A stretch of DNA of 64,000 bases from Mobula hypostoma (GCF_963921235.1 NC_086118.1:16618001-16682000), one strand, 5' to 3'; shown: positions 38,491 to 50,530, counted from the stretch's first letter. Notes: generated from the sequence alone by a model not told the origin. Numbers and translations: made by a program.

Positions 38491-39013
38491 ACCCCGGCTG
38501 GACTGAACATCCATAGTGCAGGTGGGAGCAGCAGAACTGGAAGATATGGTGTGTCTCGGAAGTAGGTGTGAAAGAGAGAGAGGACAGAGTTATGGTACAA
38601 AGAAATAATTTCAATTTGCAAACGTAGGCAGAATTTCTGAATAGAATCGGGGAGTGTTATTTATAGATCTTGCTTCACCTTGTTTCATTTAATCATTCAG
38701 GATCAATTTCATGGAACAGATATCTTTTGTTCACTGGTAAAGGGAGGCTCTCTTATCTCATCTTCCCAATTTTTATATTGTAGTGAGAATATGCCACAGC
38801 TGATTTTCATTTCCACACTGTCCCAATTTGCACTATGAGTGGAGAATTAGGTGAGGCACAATCTATCAAACTGCTGATAGATTTCCAAGCAGGCCTAAAC
38901 TGGAAGGGACATTGGAGCTCTTTCAACCTTCATCTTCTCATCAACACATACACAAAATGTCTACTTTTGAATTTTCTTATGGTCATCAAAGAATATGAGA
39001 AACAGAGTAAAAA

Positions 39014-39093
39014 GTTGCATTTTACTCTGCCTTATCGTAACACTTCAGACTTCCCAAAGCACTTCAAATACAATGAATTACTTTTGAAATGTT
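39014..39093 (-). mobile_element. Deu-SINE (SacSINE1/AmnSINE1-type) 3' tail relic
   Basis: ttgcattt..tcccaaagcacttc..caatgaattacttttgaa is the reverse of the recalled tail ttcaaaagtacttcattg..aagcgctttggga..aaatgcaa. Confidence 0.55.
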
Positions 39094-39949
39094 ATGTCTG
39101 AAGATATAAAAACTGTCTACATTGTATAAGCATGATGTAAATGCATCATTGCATTTGCTACAATCTTTCTTAACGTTCTCATAATTTAACATAATCAGAA
39201 CATGAATTAGCTAGTAAGCACACTTTGTGATGAATGTGCCCTATGAATTTTGCAATGATTCATACACAGCTTCTATAGGAACCTATTGGCACATGGGTCA
39301 GGACTCAAACTGGTGGGATTAGAACAGCTTCTTTTATAGACTTAGAGCTTTGGACTGATTCCAGGATTTGGCTCATGATTTCTTTTGGCACATTAGAACA
39401 CAGATTCAATGTTTTTCATTCAAAATGAATGCAAATACAAAAGGCAAGCTGCCAGATCAATTTGTCACCTATGAAGGTCAGGGCAGCATGAAATCTAGGG
39501 CTAAGCAAATGATTCTTCTCCCACCATCAAAGACGTCATTACCACAGCACAGTTCGCAACCACGTTGCTGCCTTAATGGAAATACAAGATTAACGACGAG
39601 CTTGCTCTTTAATCTTTTAAGTGAATCAGAATGTTACTGGAAGTTATTGGGTTCAATAAAAAGTAAAGCACAATTACAAAATCAAATAATTTAAATTATT
39701 CAAAATTGAGTGTGTTTTCTGACCAGTGATCTGTAATGGAGAGGCAGATTTTGGCTAAGATGCTTGGCTCACTGGATACCCTGTGGACGGTGGCAATTCT
39801 CCATCGTGCTATCTGGTTCTAGATGTCATGGTGCAATGTAAGACACATTAATCAGAGATGTTAAACAAGAATCTGTCAGTACATTGCTGCTTCACTGCTT
39901 CAAGTTGTTCTTCCTCAAGTTGCACGGTAATGAATTCCTCAAGGAATTC

Positions 39950-40505
39950 CTAAAGGACTGAGGTCCTTTAACATCTGCCGGACGATGCTGAGGATGTTCT
40001 ACGAGTCTGTGGTGGCCAGTGCTATCATGTTTGCTGTTGTGTGCTGGGGCAGCAGGCTGAGGGTAGCAGACACCAACAGAATCAACAAACCCATTTGTAA
40101 GGCCAGTGATGTTGTGGGAATGGAACTGGACTCTCTGACGGTGGTGTCTGAAAGGAGGATGCTGTCCAAGTTGCATGCCATCTTGGACAATGTCTCCCAT
40201 CCACAACATAATGTACTGGGTGGGCACAGGAGTACATTTAGCCAGAGAATCATTCCACCGAGATGCAACACTGAGCATCATAGGAAGTCATTCCTGCCTG
40301 TGGCTATCAAACTTTACAACTCCTCCCTTGGAGGGTCAGACATCCTGAGCCAATAGGCTGGTCCTGGACTTATTTCCTGGCATAATTTACATATTACTAG
40401 TTAACTATTTATGGTTTTATTACTATTTATTATTTATGGTGCAACTGTAATGAAAACCAATTTCCCCCGGGATCAATATAGTATGACTATGACTATGATT
40501 ATGAC
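39950..40505 (+). mobile_element. Young Rex1/Babar 3' fragment, same family as 25422-26490
   Basis: MLRMFYESVVASAIMFAVVCWG..HPQHNVL..RKSFLPVAIKLYNSS. (ATGACT)n tail at 40483-40505. Confidence 0.93.
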
Positions 40506-40794
40506 CTAGGAACCAGCAATATTCTGAAAGTACTATGGACAATATACAATAGAGAAGACAAAAGAAGGTCACATGTTGGGACTTACTTTTGAGGTAATAA
40601 TTTAATTTGATTAAATGAATATACCATACCACATTACAGAACAGAACTATATAGCCTTCATCATTTAAAAAATAAATTTCTGATACTCTGGCACCCTTAG
40701 TTTTTTGTTGATACCTGGCTGGCAGGTTTTCTGTGCGACAGGATATTACTGCCATTATTACATCAACATAGGTAGGATAGGTATTAGTAAATCC

Positions 40795-41095
40795 TTCCCC
40801 ATTTAAGAGGTTTGATAACCAGGCAACATAGGTTGAAGGTAATGATGATGAAGTTTATAGAGGATATCAGGAAGATTGTTTTCACTCAGTGGGTGATTTA
40901 GAGTTTAGAAAGCACTGCCTGAGAAGAGGTGGAGGCAGAGACCTTCACAACATTTAGTAAGTAACAAGACAAGCACTTGAATTTACCTGATACTGAAGGC
41001 TTTGGTCTAATGGTTAGTAAATGGGATTAGTAAAGACGGGTATTTGATATAGGGATGGATGAGGTGGGCAGAAGGGACTTACCTGTGCTGTGATT
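40795..41095 (+). mobile_element. CR1 3' fragment, degenerate
   Basis: ttttcactcagtgggtga..cactgcctgag..ggtggaggcaga..cacaacattta; tail gggcagaaggg..ctgtgctgt. Confidence 0.7.
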
Positions 41096-41127
41096 CAGTG
41101 CTTTTAATTCATGGTAATTAATTCATT

Positions 41128-42037
41128 GTATCTCAGGTAATGATGAGTTTGAGTACAGAGAGGACATTAAGAACCTGGTGGCATGGTGCGAAGACAATAA
41201 CCTATCCCTCAATGTCAGCAAGACAAAGGAATTGGTTGTTGACTTCAGAAGGAGTAGCGGACGGTACGACCCAATTTACTTCGGTGGTGTGGAAGTGGAA
41301 CAGCTTTAAGTTCCCCGGGGTCAATATCACAAGTGACCTGACTTGGTGCAACCAAGCAGAGTTCACTGCCAAGAAGGCCCACCAGCGCCTTTACTTCATG
41401 AGAAAACTAAAGAAATTTGGCCTGTCCCCTAAAACCTTCACTATTTTTTATAGATGCACCATAGAAAGCATTCTTCTAGGGTGCCTCACAACCTGGTATG
41501 GAATTGTCCTGTCCAAGACCGAAAGAAGCTGCAGAAGATTGTGAACACGGTGCAGCACATTACACAAACCAATCTTCCGTCCTTGGACTCACTTTACACT
41601 GCACGCTGTTGGAGCAGTGCTGCCAGGATAATCAAGGACACGACCCACCCAGCCAACACACTTTTCGTCCCTCTTCCCTCCGGGAGAAGGCTCAGGCGCT
41701 TTAAGACTGGTACGGCCAGATTTGGGAATAGCTTCTTTCCAACTGTGATAAAACTGCTGAACGGATCCTGACCCGGATCTGGGCCGTACCCTCCAAATAT
41801 CCGGATCTGCCTCTCAGTTTTTTTCTGCACTACCTCCACATTCCATTTTTCTATTTTCGATTTATGATTTATAATTTAAATTTTTAATATTTACTAATTT
41901 TTACTATTTTAATGTTTTAAATATTTAATATTTGTAATCCAGGGAGTGTGAAGCGCAGAATCAAATATCGCTGTGATGATTGTACGTTCTAGTATCAATT
42001 GTTTGGTGACAATAAGGTATAAAGTATAAAGTATAAA
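41128..42037 (+). mobile_element. Rex1/Babar LINE 3' fragment
   Basis: LVAWCEDNNLSLNVSKTKE; KKAHQRLYFMRKLKKF..FYRCTIESIL; HPANTLFVPLPSGRR. (GTATAAA)3 tail. Confidence 0.93.
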
Positions 42038-42270
42038 TGTTTCTTAAAATGTTACACAGCAGTATAATAAACATTTCCAGAGAACAAGGTAAGATTAAAC
42101 GAGACACAGGAAACAGGGAGGCAAACATGACCTCTGTGATCTTAAATGGATTATGGGAAACAAGTCTTAAAAGAACTTTAGAAACCAAACAGGACAGCCA
42201 GAACAGCAGGATTTCTGAAAAAAAGTCATTCAACAGGTTTATTCATATGGTTATTAAATTCCTTTGATAC

Positions 42271-43167
42271 TGTTACGTAACCGGCAACAATGAATATCAA
42301 TCGAGACAGGTTATATAAAAATAACCAAACATTTATTAAACACCGATAAACGATAAAGGAAAAAAAAACACACAAAAACTTTAACCGGAAGTTAACAGAT
42401 ATGCAGCCGTTCACCAACTCGCCACTCGGCTCTGGTCCTTAAAGCGTTAAATGCGAAAACAGTTCTTAAAGCGATACAGTCAGATATAGCTCTTAAAGTG
42501 ATAACTTCAGAAGTCCAACAGATTTACATGTTCAATTGGGAGAGGCTTCTCTGGAGAAGGATTTCTTCACAGACGCACCTTTACTGCTAGTTCTGTCCAC
42601 AGGATTCACGATGCCAAAAATAAACAGTTTAAATCAACTGACCTTAAATTTCTTTAGAGAGAGAGAGAGAGCACCTTTTTGCAAGAACTCCCAGCTCTTT
42701 CTGGCAAGAGTTATCTCGATGCAGGTTGCTACTCCAACGAAGACCCAATAAGGTCGATCTTTTATTAAACTGCCAAACGATGCCGACTCCTCTCGATCCT
42801 TCGATCCTGTAACTTCGATAAATTCTTCACTCTCCCTTCTAATGTTGGAATTGAGTAAATCAACTCATCTAGCAAAAATTTCCAGTCCAAATAATATGGA
42901 TATTTTGCAACAGAACGCACACTCCATTTTAAAAATGAAACTGCATCACCAAAAACAAACACGCAACAGAAATGGAGATACAACACATTCTACCTTGAAA
43001 TATACAAACTCAAAAACCAACTGCGTCACCTGGCTCAACCCTTATATAGTCACGGGGCACATGTCATTACGTGAACTCACATCGGCGGGAAAATCACATC
43101 AGGTGACCTCCAAAAGACCATTACATCATTCTCACAAAAAAAACCAGATCTCCTTGAGCATGTAACA
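42271..43167 (-). mobile_element. Solo LTR, young
   Basis: TGTTAC...GTAACA termini. Perfect 4-bp TSD atac (42267-42270, 43168-43171). Poly-A signal TTTATT near the left end; CpGs retained. Confidence 0.88.
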
Positions 43168-43399
43168 ATACCAATTTAAGCCAATTAATTTCCCATTAGA
43201 GAACTGCATCTTTTCTGTTTGCCAAAGTAGTTAATATCTACTTAATTAGTGCTGTTATATAAAAAGAAACAAAGCAAATATGTTCAGACAGCAATGTGAT
43301 AACAACTAGATTATCTGTTCAGATATCCAATGGCCAAATCAATACAGGGAACTACATGTGAGCTATCAGACCCACTGGAAGGGAGAGTGTGTATTGATG

Positions 43400-43560
43400 A
43401 GCAACACATAAGAAAGCTGGAGGAGCTCAACAGCATCGATGGAGGGAAATAGTTAATCAACATTCTGTCGAGTCTCTTCACCTGGACGTCCATGTGCTGC
43501 TGACCCACAAAACTCCTTCAGCTGCTCCAGGGTCCAGTTTCTAGACTCTTTTATGTCTCC
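43400..43560. mobile_element. Old fold-back PLE-terminus fragment
   Basis: Minus arm agctggaggagctcaacagcatc..cttcacctggac, then plus arm tgctgctgaccc..ctccttcag. Confidence 0.55.
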
Positions 43561-43596
43561 ATTTTGTCAATTAATGACTTAACACAAGTTAGCAAT

Positions 43597-43665
43597 GACA
43601 GGGCAACCCTCTTGCAGTACTGCACTGGTGTCTCAACTGAAATCTTGTGCTCAGGGCTTGAAATT
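43597..43665 (-). mobile_element. Deu-domain SINE relic
   Basis: cagtactgcactggtgtc..tgtgctca matches the recalled Deu domain (reverse). Confidence 0.5.
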
Positions 43666-44373
43666 TTCGTGGAGGCAAGAACAAGTGAAAAGTCTCAGGC
43701 AATGTACTGATTCAGTGTGTTATTTAATTATTCTGAATAATATTTTAAATGAAATATAATATTTTATTAAATAGAGTAAGTTAGTCCCCACTTTATAAAG
43801 TCCTTCAAAGTATTGTGATTGAAGCCAAGTAACACAATATTAGCCCTCCCCCCCGCCATGCTATGCTAACAGCATTCTAAAAGAATGCAAATCAAAATTT
43901 AAGAGTAATATTTTGCACAAATAAAAACATATTTATAAGCAACATCAGCCAGCTCAAATAGCACAGCAGCTCCACTGCAATAAAACATGCTTGATTTTCC
44001 TGACCATGAAAATATATTGTGCAACTTAAAGGTTTTCTTCCTTTTAAGTCTATATCTATGCAAAGAGAAAGAACAAGAGTTCAGGGCCAATGTGTTCCTG
44101 TAAAGGTCAAAACCAGGGTAACCTTGGATGTCAACAGATATTGAAGATTGGATAAAGAGAAAAGGGGAAACATATAAATGGTTTGGGAAACTAATGACAG
44201 GAGAGGCTTCTTATGAATATAAAACATCTAGGAATGTATTTAAGAAGGCTAAGAGAAGTCACAAGAATCTGAAGGCATTCTCTAAGTATGTTAAGAACAA
44301 AAGAACAACCAGGGAAAAAGTAGGTCTACAAGAGACAACTGGGGCAATCTATGCATGGAACCGGAAGGTACAG

Positions 44374-44662
44374 GTTGAATTGAATTGAATTGACTTCATT
44401 ACTTACATCCTTCAGAAACATGAGGAGTAAAAACCTTTCTATGCTACGTACCCGTCTAAATGTGCAATGTGCAATTTATAGTAATTTACAATCAATATTA
44501 TGTAAAACAGGATAGTCAATATAACATAGCAATACAGTTGCATCAGCATGAATTAAGCAGTTTGGAGGTCTGGTGGAAGAAGCTATCCCGGAGCCTGTTG
44601 GTCCTGTCTTTTATGCTGTGGTACCGTTTCCTGGATGGTAGCAGCTGGAACAATTTGTGGTT
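44374..44662 (-). mobile_element. Rex1/Babar 3' end nested in CR1
   Basis: (TTGAA)n tail; minus strand LFQLLPSRKRYHSIKDRTNRLRDSFFHQTSKLLN. Confidence 0.8.
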
Positions 44663-45339
44663 TATTTAGGTAGTCCTAAATAAACATTTAACATCCATAT
44701 TCATGATGGAAACTACAGCCGAAAATTTTGTGAAGGTGTAGGTGAAAGTCTAGTGCAGGTCTCCATAATAGAAGAAACCTTCAATGCCTTGGCAGGCATA
44801 AAGTTTTATCAATCTCCAGGATTGGATGGGAGTTATCCAAAATTGCTATGTGAGGCAGGCAAAGAGATTGCTGAAGGGTGCCATTTTGAGATCTTTGTTG
44901 AACACAATTGAATGCCAAATTGAATGGAGGACAGAAAACTTGGTCACCCTTTGCAAGAAACGCAGCAGAGAAAAGCCCGGTAACAATGGACTTGCGAAGC
45001 TAACATCAGTGGTAGTTACAGAAAAAGCTTTGAGGGAGTGGACTAATGATCACTTGGAAAGGTAGGGACCAAAAAGAGAAAGCAAAATGTCTTTCTCAAG
45101 GGCAGATGCTGAGTGACCAACTCGAATGAAATCTTTGAAGAGGTAACACAATGTATCTATGACAGCAGGGCAGTAGATATGATTTACATGGACTTCAGTA
45201 CAATGTTCCAAATGCGAGGCTGATTGAAAAGATTAGAGCCTATAGCATCCAGAGCAAATCAGCAAACTGGATCCAAACAACATACATCAAAGTTGCTGGT
45301 GAACGCAGCAGGCCAAGCAGCATCTCTAGGAACAGGTGC

Positions 45340-45375
45340 AGTCGACGTTTCAGGCCGAGACCCTTCGTCAGGACT
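45340..45375 (-). ncRNA. Minimal type I hammerhead ribozyme motif, intact
   Basis: Reverse complement AGUC-CUGACGA-AGGGUCUCGGCCU-GAAAC-GUC-GACU, sense to the PLE ORF. Confidence 0.8.
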
Positions 45376-45672
45376 AACTGAAGGAAGAGTGAGTAAGGGA
45401 TTTGAAAGCTGGAGGGGGAGGGGGAGATGCAAAATGATAGGAGAAGACAGTAGGGGGAGGGATAGAACCAAGAGCTGGACAGGTGATAGGCAAAAGGGGA
45501 TACGAGAGGATCATGGGACAGGAGGTCCGGGAAGAAAGACAAGGAGGGGTGGGTGACCCAGAGGATGGGCAAGAGGTATATTCAGAGGGACAGAGGGAGA
45601 AAAAGGAGAGTGAGAGAAAGAATGTGTGCATAAAAATGAGTAACAGATGGGGTACGAGGGGGAGGTGGGGCC

Positions 45673-46217
45673 TTAGCGGAAGTTAGAGAAGTCGATGTTC
45701 ATGCCATCAGGTTGGAGGCTACCCAGACGGAATATAAGGTGTTGTTCCTCCAACCTGAGTGTGGCTTCATCTTTACAGTAGAGGAGGCCGTGGATAGACA
45801 TGTCAGAATGGGAATGGGATGTGGAATTAAAATGTGTGGCCACTGGGAGATCCTGCTTTCTCTGGTGGACAGAGCGTAGATGTTCAGCAAAGCGGTCTCC
45901 CAGTCTGCGTCGGGTCTCACCAATATATAAAAGGCCACATCGGGAGCACCGGACGCAGTATATCACCCCAGTCGACTCACAGGTGAAGTCATGCCTCACC
46001 TGGAAGGACTGTTTGGGGCCCTGAATGGTGGTAAGGGAGGAAGTGTAAGGGCATGTGTAGCACTTGTTCCGCTTACACGGATAAGTGCCAGGAGGGAGAT
46101 CAGTGGGGAGGGATGGGGGGGACGAATGGACAAGGGAGTTGTGTAGGGAGCGATCCCTGCGGAATGCAGAGAGAGGGGGGGAGGGAAAGATGTGCTTAGT
46201 GGTGGGATCCCGTTGGA
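45673..46217 (-). CDS. PLE ORF C-terminal fragment (Cys linker and GIY-YIG endonuclease); no native start
   Basis: Open frame from QRDPTTKH to ..MNIDFSNFR*. Confidence 0.75.
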
Positions 46218-46569
46218 TGGTGATGGTAGAAGCTTCCTTTTGTGATAGGACGGCTGTGATTCGTGGTGTCCCGTTAGGGCAGCGCTGGGGCCTTTGCTTT
46301 TTGTAGTGCACATAAATGACTCGGATAAAGATGTGGGAGGCAAGATCAGTAAGTTTGTGATAGAAGTGAATATCAACAGAGCTGTTGATGTTGTGGGAGA
46401 GAGTATTTGACAACAGAGAGAGATTGATGTGTTGGTGATACGGGTTTAAAATGGCAAATGTGACGCAATACATTTTGGATATACTAATGAGGTCAGGGCA
46501 CATAGCAAATCCAAGCACTCCAATCCAGGTTTACTGAACTGCAAACTGCATTCTCTATTTATTATGTGA

Positions 46570-47670
46570 AAGTCAAGGTCAAGTTTATTGTCTTATGCAC
46601 ATGTACATGTATGCACAGGTACAATGAAATCGTACCTGCAGCAGCATCACAGGGACATAACATCATATAAGCAGAATTCACAAAGCAAACAATTTAAACA
46701 TTAATTTTGAATGTTTTCTTCCAGTAAAACAGAAATAGAATAAACAAAGCGTCTATTTTAGTGCAAAAGTGGTCAAAGTGTTCATAGTGCTGCTAAACTC
46801 TAGTCATTGAGATTGTGCTGGTTGCTTTAAGAACCGAATGCTTGAAGGGAAGTAGTTGTTCTCGAACCTGGTGGTGTGAGACTTCAAGCTTCTGTATCTA
46901 TTTCTGGTATGTGGAAGAAGATGGCATGGTCTGGATGGTGGAGATCTTTGCTGACAGATCTTGCTGTTGAGGCTGCCCCTACCAATGGTGGGAAGAGGTA
47001 TGCCCATGATGTATCAGGCAGAATCCACTACTCCCTGCAGCCTCTTACATTCCTGTATGTTTGAATTGTTGTAGCACTCTATGATGCAACCACTCATGGA
47101 TACCTTCAGCAGTACTTTTGTAGAAGTTTGTTAGCATATTCAATGGTAAGAAGAACCTGATTAACCTCCTAACAAAATAAAGATGCTGCTGCATTTCTTT
47201 TATGTTTACATCTATATGCTTGGCCCAGGACAATTCATGCAAATGTTAACACCCAGAAATTTGCAGCCAGTCACATTCACCAGTGCTAACTCCTCAGTGT
47301 AGACTGGTATATGTTTGACTTCCTTCTCCTTCCTGAAGTCTACAATCAACTCTTTAGCTTTGTTGATATTGAGCAGGATGTTGTTTTTATAGCAGCACTC
47401 AACTAAGGTGGCCAGTCCTGAAGATGAGTCTCGGCCCAAAACGTTGAATGTTTACTCTTTTCCATAGATGCTGCATGCCTGCTGAGTTCCTCCAGCTTTT
47501 TGTGTCTGTTGTTTTGGATTTCCAGCATCTGCAGGTTTTCCTGTGTCAGTGACCTATCTTGCTTGGTAAGCTGACTCATTGGCACTTGTGATTTACTCAA
47601 CAATGGTAGTGTCATCAGTGAATTTAGAGATGGCATTGGAGCTGTGCTTAGCCAGGCAGTCACGTGAGTG
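46570..47670 (-). mobile_element. Rex1/Babar LINE fragment interrupted by a PLE terminus
   Basis: KFTDD-like region, LVECCYKNNILLNINKAKELIVDFRK, QHLYFVRRL, RYRSLKSHTTRFENNYFPSSIRFL. Confidence 0.85.
47410..47548 (+). mobile_element. PLE terminus fragment with decayed hammerhead
   Basis: cagtcctgaagatgagtctcggcccaaaacgttga..tagatgctgc..ctgctgagttcctccagc..ccagcatctgcag. Confidence 0.75.
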
Positions 47671-48123
47671 CAGACAGTGGATCGGGGGCTCTATCTGAAA
47701 TGGTCTTAAAATACTTTCCTCAATTGAGGCAAACCTGCAACTCATCTCTCAGGGATTTTTCAATATAGTACATACTGTATATAGCAGAGATGAACTGTGC
47801 ATTTTATCATCCAAGGAGAAAGAGTAGAAGGTATATTATGAGTGTCATTGATCAGAAATTACACGGGCAGTTCATCTCTGCAACACGGTAGATATTTATT
47901 CAGTGAAGTGAGGCAGCTGAAAGAGATCTAGATCACAGAAAGCACCCACAAAGCTTTTTGAAACAGGATTTGGCCCACAAACATTACCCTTCAAAGATGA
48001 TCTATCACTTTTTCTGCAGTTCCTAATTAATTTTACCAGAAAAGGAATGGGTTCTCTTTCAGGTAGGATTAATCAGAGTGCAAATTTTTACACTAATTAT
48101 ATATCTCTTTTAACATCTTTATG

Positions 48124-48245
48124 TAAGATTCAAGATTCAAAGTACATTTTTTATCAAAGTATGTATGCAGTATACAGCCCTGAAATTCATCTTCCTCACA
48201 GTCATGAAACAAAAAAGAGCCATGGAATCAACCCATTCAAAGAAA
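48124..48245 (-). mobile_element. Rex1-type 3' tail fragment
   Basis: aagattcaagattcaaagtacatttttatcaaagtatgtat..atacagccctgaaattc is the reverse of the tail type at 7535 and 29310. Confidence 0.55.
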
Positions 48246-48421
48246 AACAATTCCTTCCACTCCAAACAGATGGAATTGATCTACTCACCAATTAAACAAT
48301 TATAAGGAGTTGACTTGGTCACTATCTAACCTATGAGATAGAGCTGCATTCTGAGATTGGTTTTTGCTTGGTGCAGCCAATTTGTCAAATATATCACAAT
48401 TTTGCAGCACAATAAGGCTGG

Positions 48422-48993
48422 TGTAATATGGAAGATTAACTTATTTGCTGGTCGCAAGTTGTTCCATGTCGCTTCCAGCATTTTGGTCAACGAGGGACCT
48501 GCTCTACGCATGTAGCTGCATTCCCACTGGTTAGCTCCCGTGTCCTGAGGCACTGGTTTCTGCTCCAAGGCCACGTGCTGCGATAACTGCGATTGGCTTC
48601 CGGTCTTCAGGTGTATAAAGGTGAATGCACATGTGTGACTCTCTCGCCTTTTTTCCACCCCGAGCTCGCTCCAGGCTGTGAGTCACAGGCAGCACTGAAG
48701 CAATCATTTGGAAGGTGTCTTACAGTTAATAGGAGGAAGGTCTCATGTTTTGGGTGCACACCCAGTTAAGTAGTTGTTTATGGCTTGTTTAACCTTGTGT
48801 AATTTGGACAGATTGAACTAGTGCTCAGGTTCATAATTTCTATAGTTTGCCTGACTTGGATGAGTACTCGTTTGACTTATGTGCAAGTAAAGTATTTCAT
48901 TGCTTGCTTGTGAATAAAACAGTTGCGGTACATACCCGTGATCAGTATCCGCTGCTTCCCTTACCAAACCCACTAATCTGCTTCTGTACAACA
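48422..48993 (+). mobile_element. Probable solo LTR
   Basis: TGT...ACA ends, 5-bp flanks gctgg/gttgg, TATAAA (~48614), AATAAA (~48913). Confidence 0.55.
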
Positions 48994-49194
48994 GTTGGCT
49001 GCATATCTAAATTATGATACTGTAAAAATTGTTGATTCTGAAATATTGGGTCTGTAATGCAAGGGGTAGACTTGTTTAACTGTTACCATGCCTGAATGTT
49101 TTCTGGCCATTCCTGAAGCTTTTGTCTCCACCCTGTCCCTCTAATTTTGGACTACAGATTCACATCTTTCCGCACTAAACCTCCACTTCTTTTG

Positions 49195-49383
49195 GCTGTT
49201 CCTCAGAGTTGAGAGTGATTGTCTTCTACTCCAGTTTGAGATAGCTGCTGAAGCTAATGTGAAAACCAAGTTGGGTAGGAGGTGCATCAAGTGGAGAGGG
49301 TGGGTGGTCGAGCAGTGTGGTAGATGCTATGCACCTTCCATTCTTTTCTGGAATTCTGCATGCTTCAGGCAAAGGGAACTGAA
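49195..49383 (-). mobile_element. Probable RTE 3' remnant
   Basis: cctcagagttgagagtgatt..cttctactcc resembles recalled elasmobranch RTE 3' ends. Weak. Confidence 0.4.
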
Positions 49384-49384
49384 A

Positions 49385-49750
49385 TCCATGCCAATCAGCA
49401 TGTCAATCTGAGCTAGCCCCATTTACTTGCATTTGGTCCATATCCTTCTAAATGTTTTCTATCCATGTACCCATCTGAATGGTCCTGGTAACATCCTTGT
49501 GAATCCCTTCTGCACCTTTTCCAGTTTAATGACATCTCTCTACAACTGAACAACCAACACTGCACATACCAATTTGTGGTCTCATCAACAACTTGTACAA
49601 TTACAACATGGTGTCCCAACTCTTATACTCTGTACCTTGGCTATGATGGCATACTTAGATGGAAAACATTTCGAAGGATATGGACCAAATGCATGCAAAA
49701 GAGACTGGCTCAGATTGATATCTTGATTGGCATGGACGAGCTGATAACTA
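49385..49750. mobile_element. CR1 3' fragment (minus, 49385-49645) abutting an inverted copy of its own tail (plus, 49646-49750)
   Basis: Minus frame DGYMDRKHLEGYGPNASKWG; plus copy gatggaaaacatttcgaaggatatggaccaaatgca. Confidence 0.8.
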
Positions 49751-49894
49751 TGATTCATTCGCTAAAGCATTTTTTTTAAAAGAGGCCTTGCACTAAGAAC
49801 TTCAGTTCCCTTTGCCTGAAGCCTGCAGGAATCCAGAAAAAGATGCCTTGCACTGACAAAGGTAACAGCTATTTTGTGTATATTTCTTAGCAGG

Positions 49895-50000
49895 ACCAGT
49901 CCAAGTGAGGGGCCTCGACCCAAAACGTTGACAATCGCTCCACAGATGCTGTCTGCTAAGGCCTGCTAAGTTCCTCCAGCTTGTTGTATGTTGGATCAGA
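49895..50000 (+). mobile_element. PLE terminus fragment
   Basis: gaggggcctcgacccaaaacgttgac..ccacagatgctg..cctgctaagttcctccagc. Confidence 0.65.
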
Positions 50001-50069
50001 TCATTTATTTGATTCAGTTGGGATAATAATTGTGCAAATCAACTTCTCTGCTCTTCAAAAACCATAAAA

Positions 50070-50398
50070 TTTCTTATGAGGTTGGAGGCCATTCTATCTG
50101 CTGTTTCTGCTAGCTCTCAGACAAATCCTATCAATACCGTGCCCTGTACACTTTATCTGTAACCCATTCTCTCTCAATTTAACCCTGATTTTCCTACCAC
50201 CCACATTCAATTGTGTAATTTACAGTAGCTAATTAACCAATTAATCAGAACGCCTTTCGCATGTTAGAGGGAAACTGAATATCCAGGGGAAAACTATATG
50301 GTTAAGGGAAAACATACAAACTCAACTCAGTTACCAACAGAGGTCAGAATTGAACCTGTTGTGACACACTAGCACTCTCCTGCTGTGCCACTATGCCA
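50070..50398 (-). mobile_element. V-SINE, old
   Basis: aatttacagtagctaattaacc..gggaaactga..catacaaactc..ggtcagaattgaacc..ctgtgccact. Confidence 0.65.
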
Positions 50399-50419
50399 AA
50401 CGATGGTATGAGAATTTTT

Positions 50420-50530
50420 ATAGTGACCTTAAGGTGCGGTTTAATGGTTTATTGAAAAGACAGCGCTGCTAAATAGCTGTGTTCCTTCACTGGGGAAGTC
50501 AGCGCAAATTCTGCTCTGATCTCTCTGGAA
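50420..50530 (-). mobile_element. Deu-domain SINE relic
   Basis: cggtttaatg..gaaaagacagc..cactgggg..gtcagc..tgctc..tctctgga matches the recalled Deu domain (reverse). Confidence 0.5.

Larger units (their letters stand above)
45278..46217 (-). mobile_element. Penelope-like element (Neptune-type), 5'-truncated: GIY-YIG domain plus terminal repeat
   Basis: CKRNKCYTC linker and VIYCVRCSRCGLLYIGET..RFAEH. Only 4 aa differences from the 56265-57603 copy over the shared part. No TSD seen. Confidence 0.95.
44070..46520 (+). mobile_element. Old CR1 LINE fragment hosting a Rex1 tail and a PLE insertion
   Basis: NLKAFSKYVKNKRTTREKVG, EWRTENLVTLCKK..EKPGN..LTSVV, DMIYMDFS, ANWIQ, then GVPLGQ..GPLLF after the PLE. 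Confidence 0.85.

Noticed and set aside
46218..46518. N-terminal ~100 aa of the 281-aa minus ORF as a novel domain fused to GIY-YIG
   Set aside because: It is the antisense of the flanking decayed CR1, open by chance. The PLE ends at 46217.
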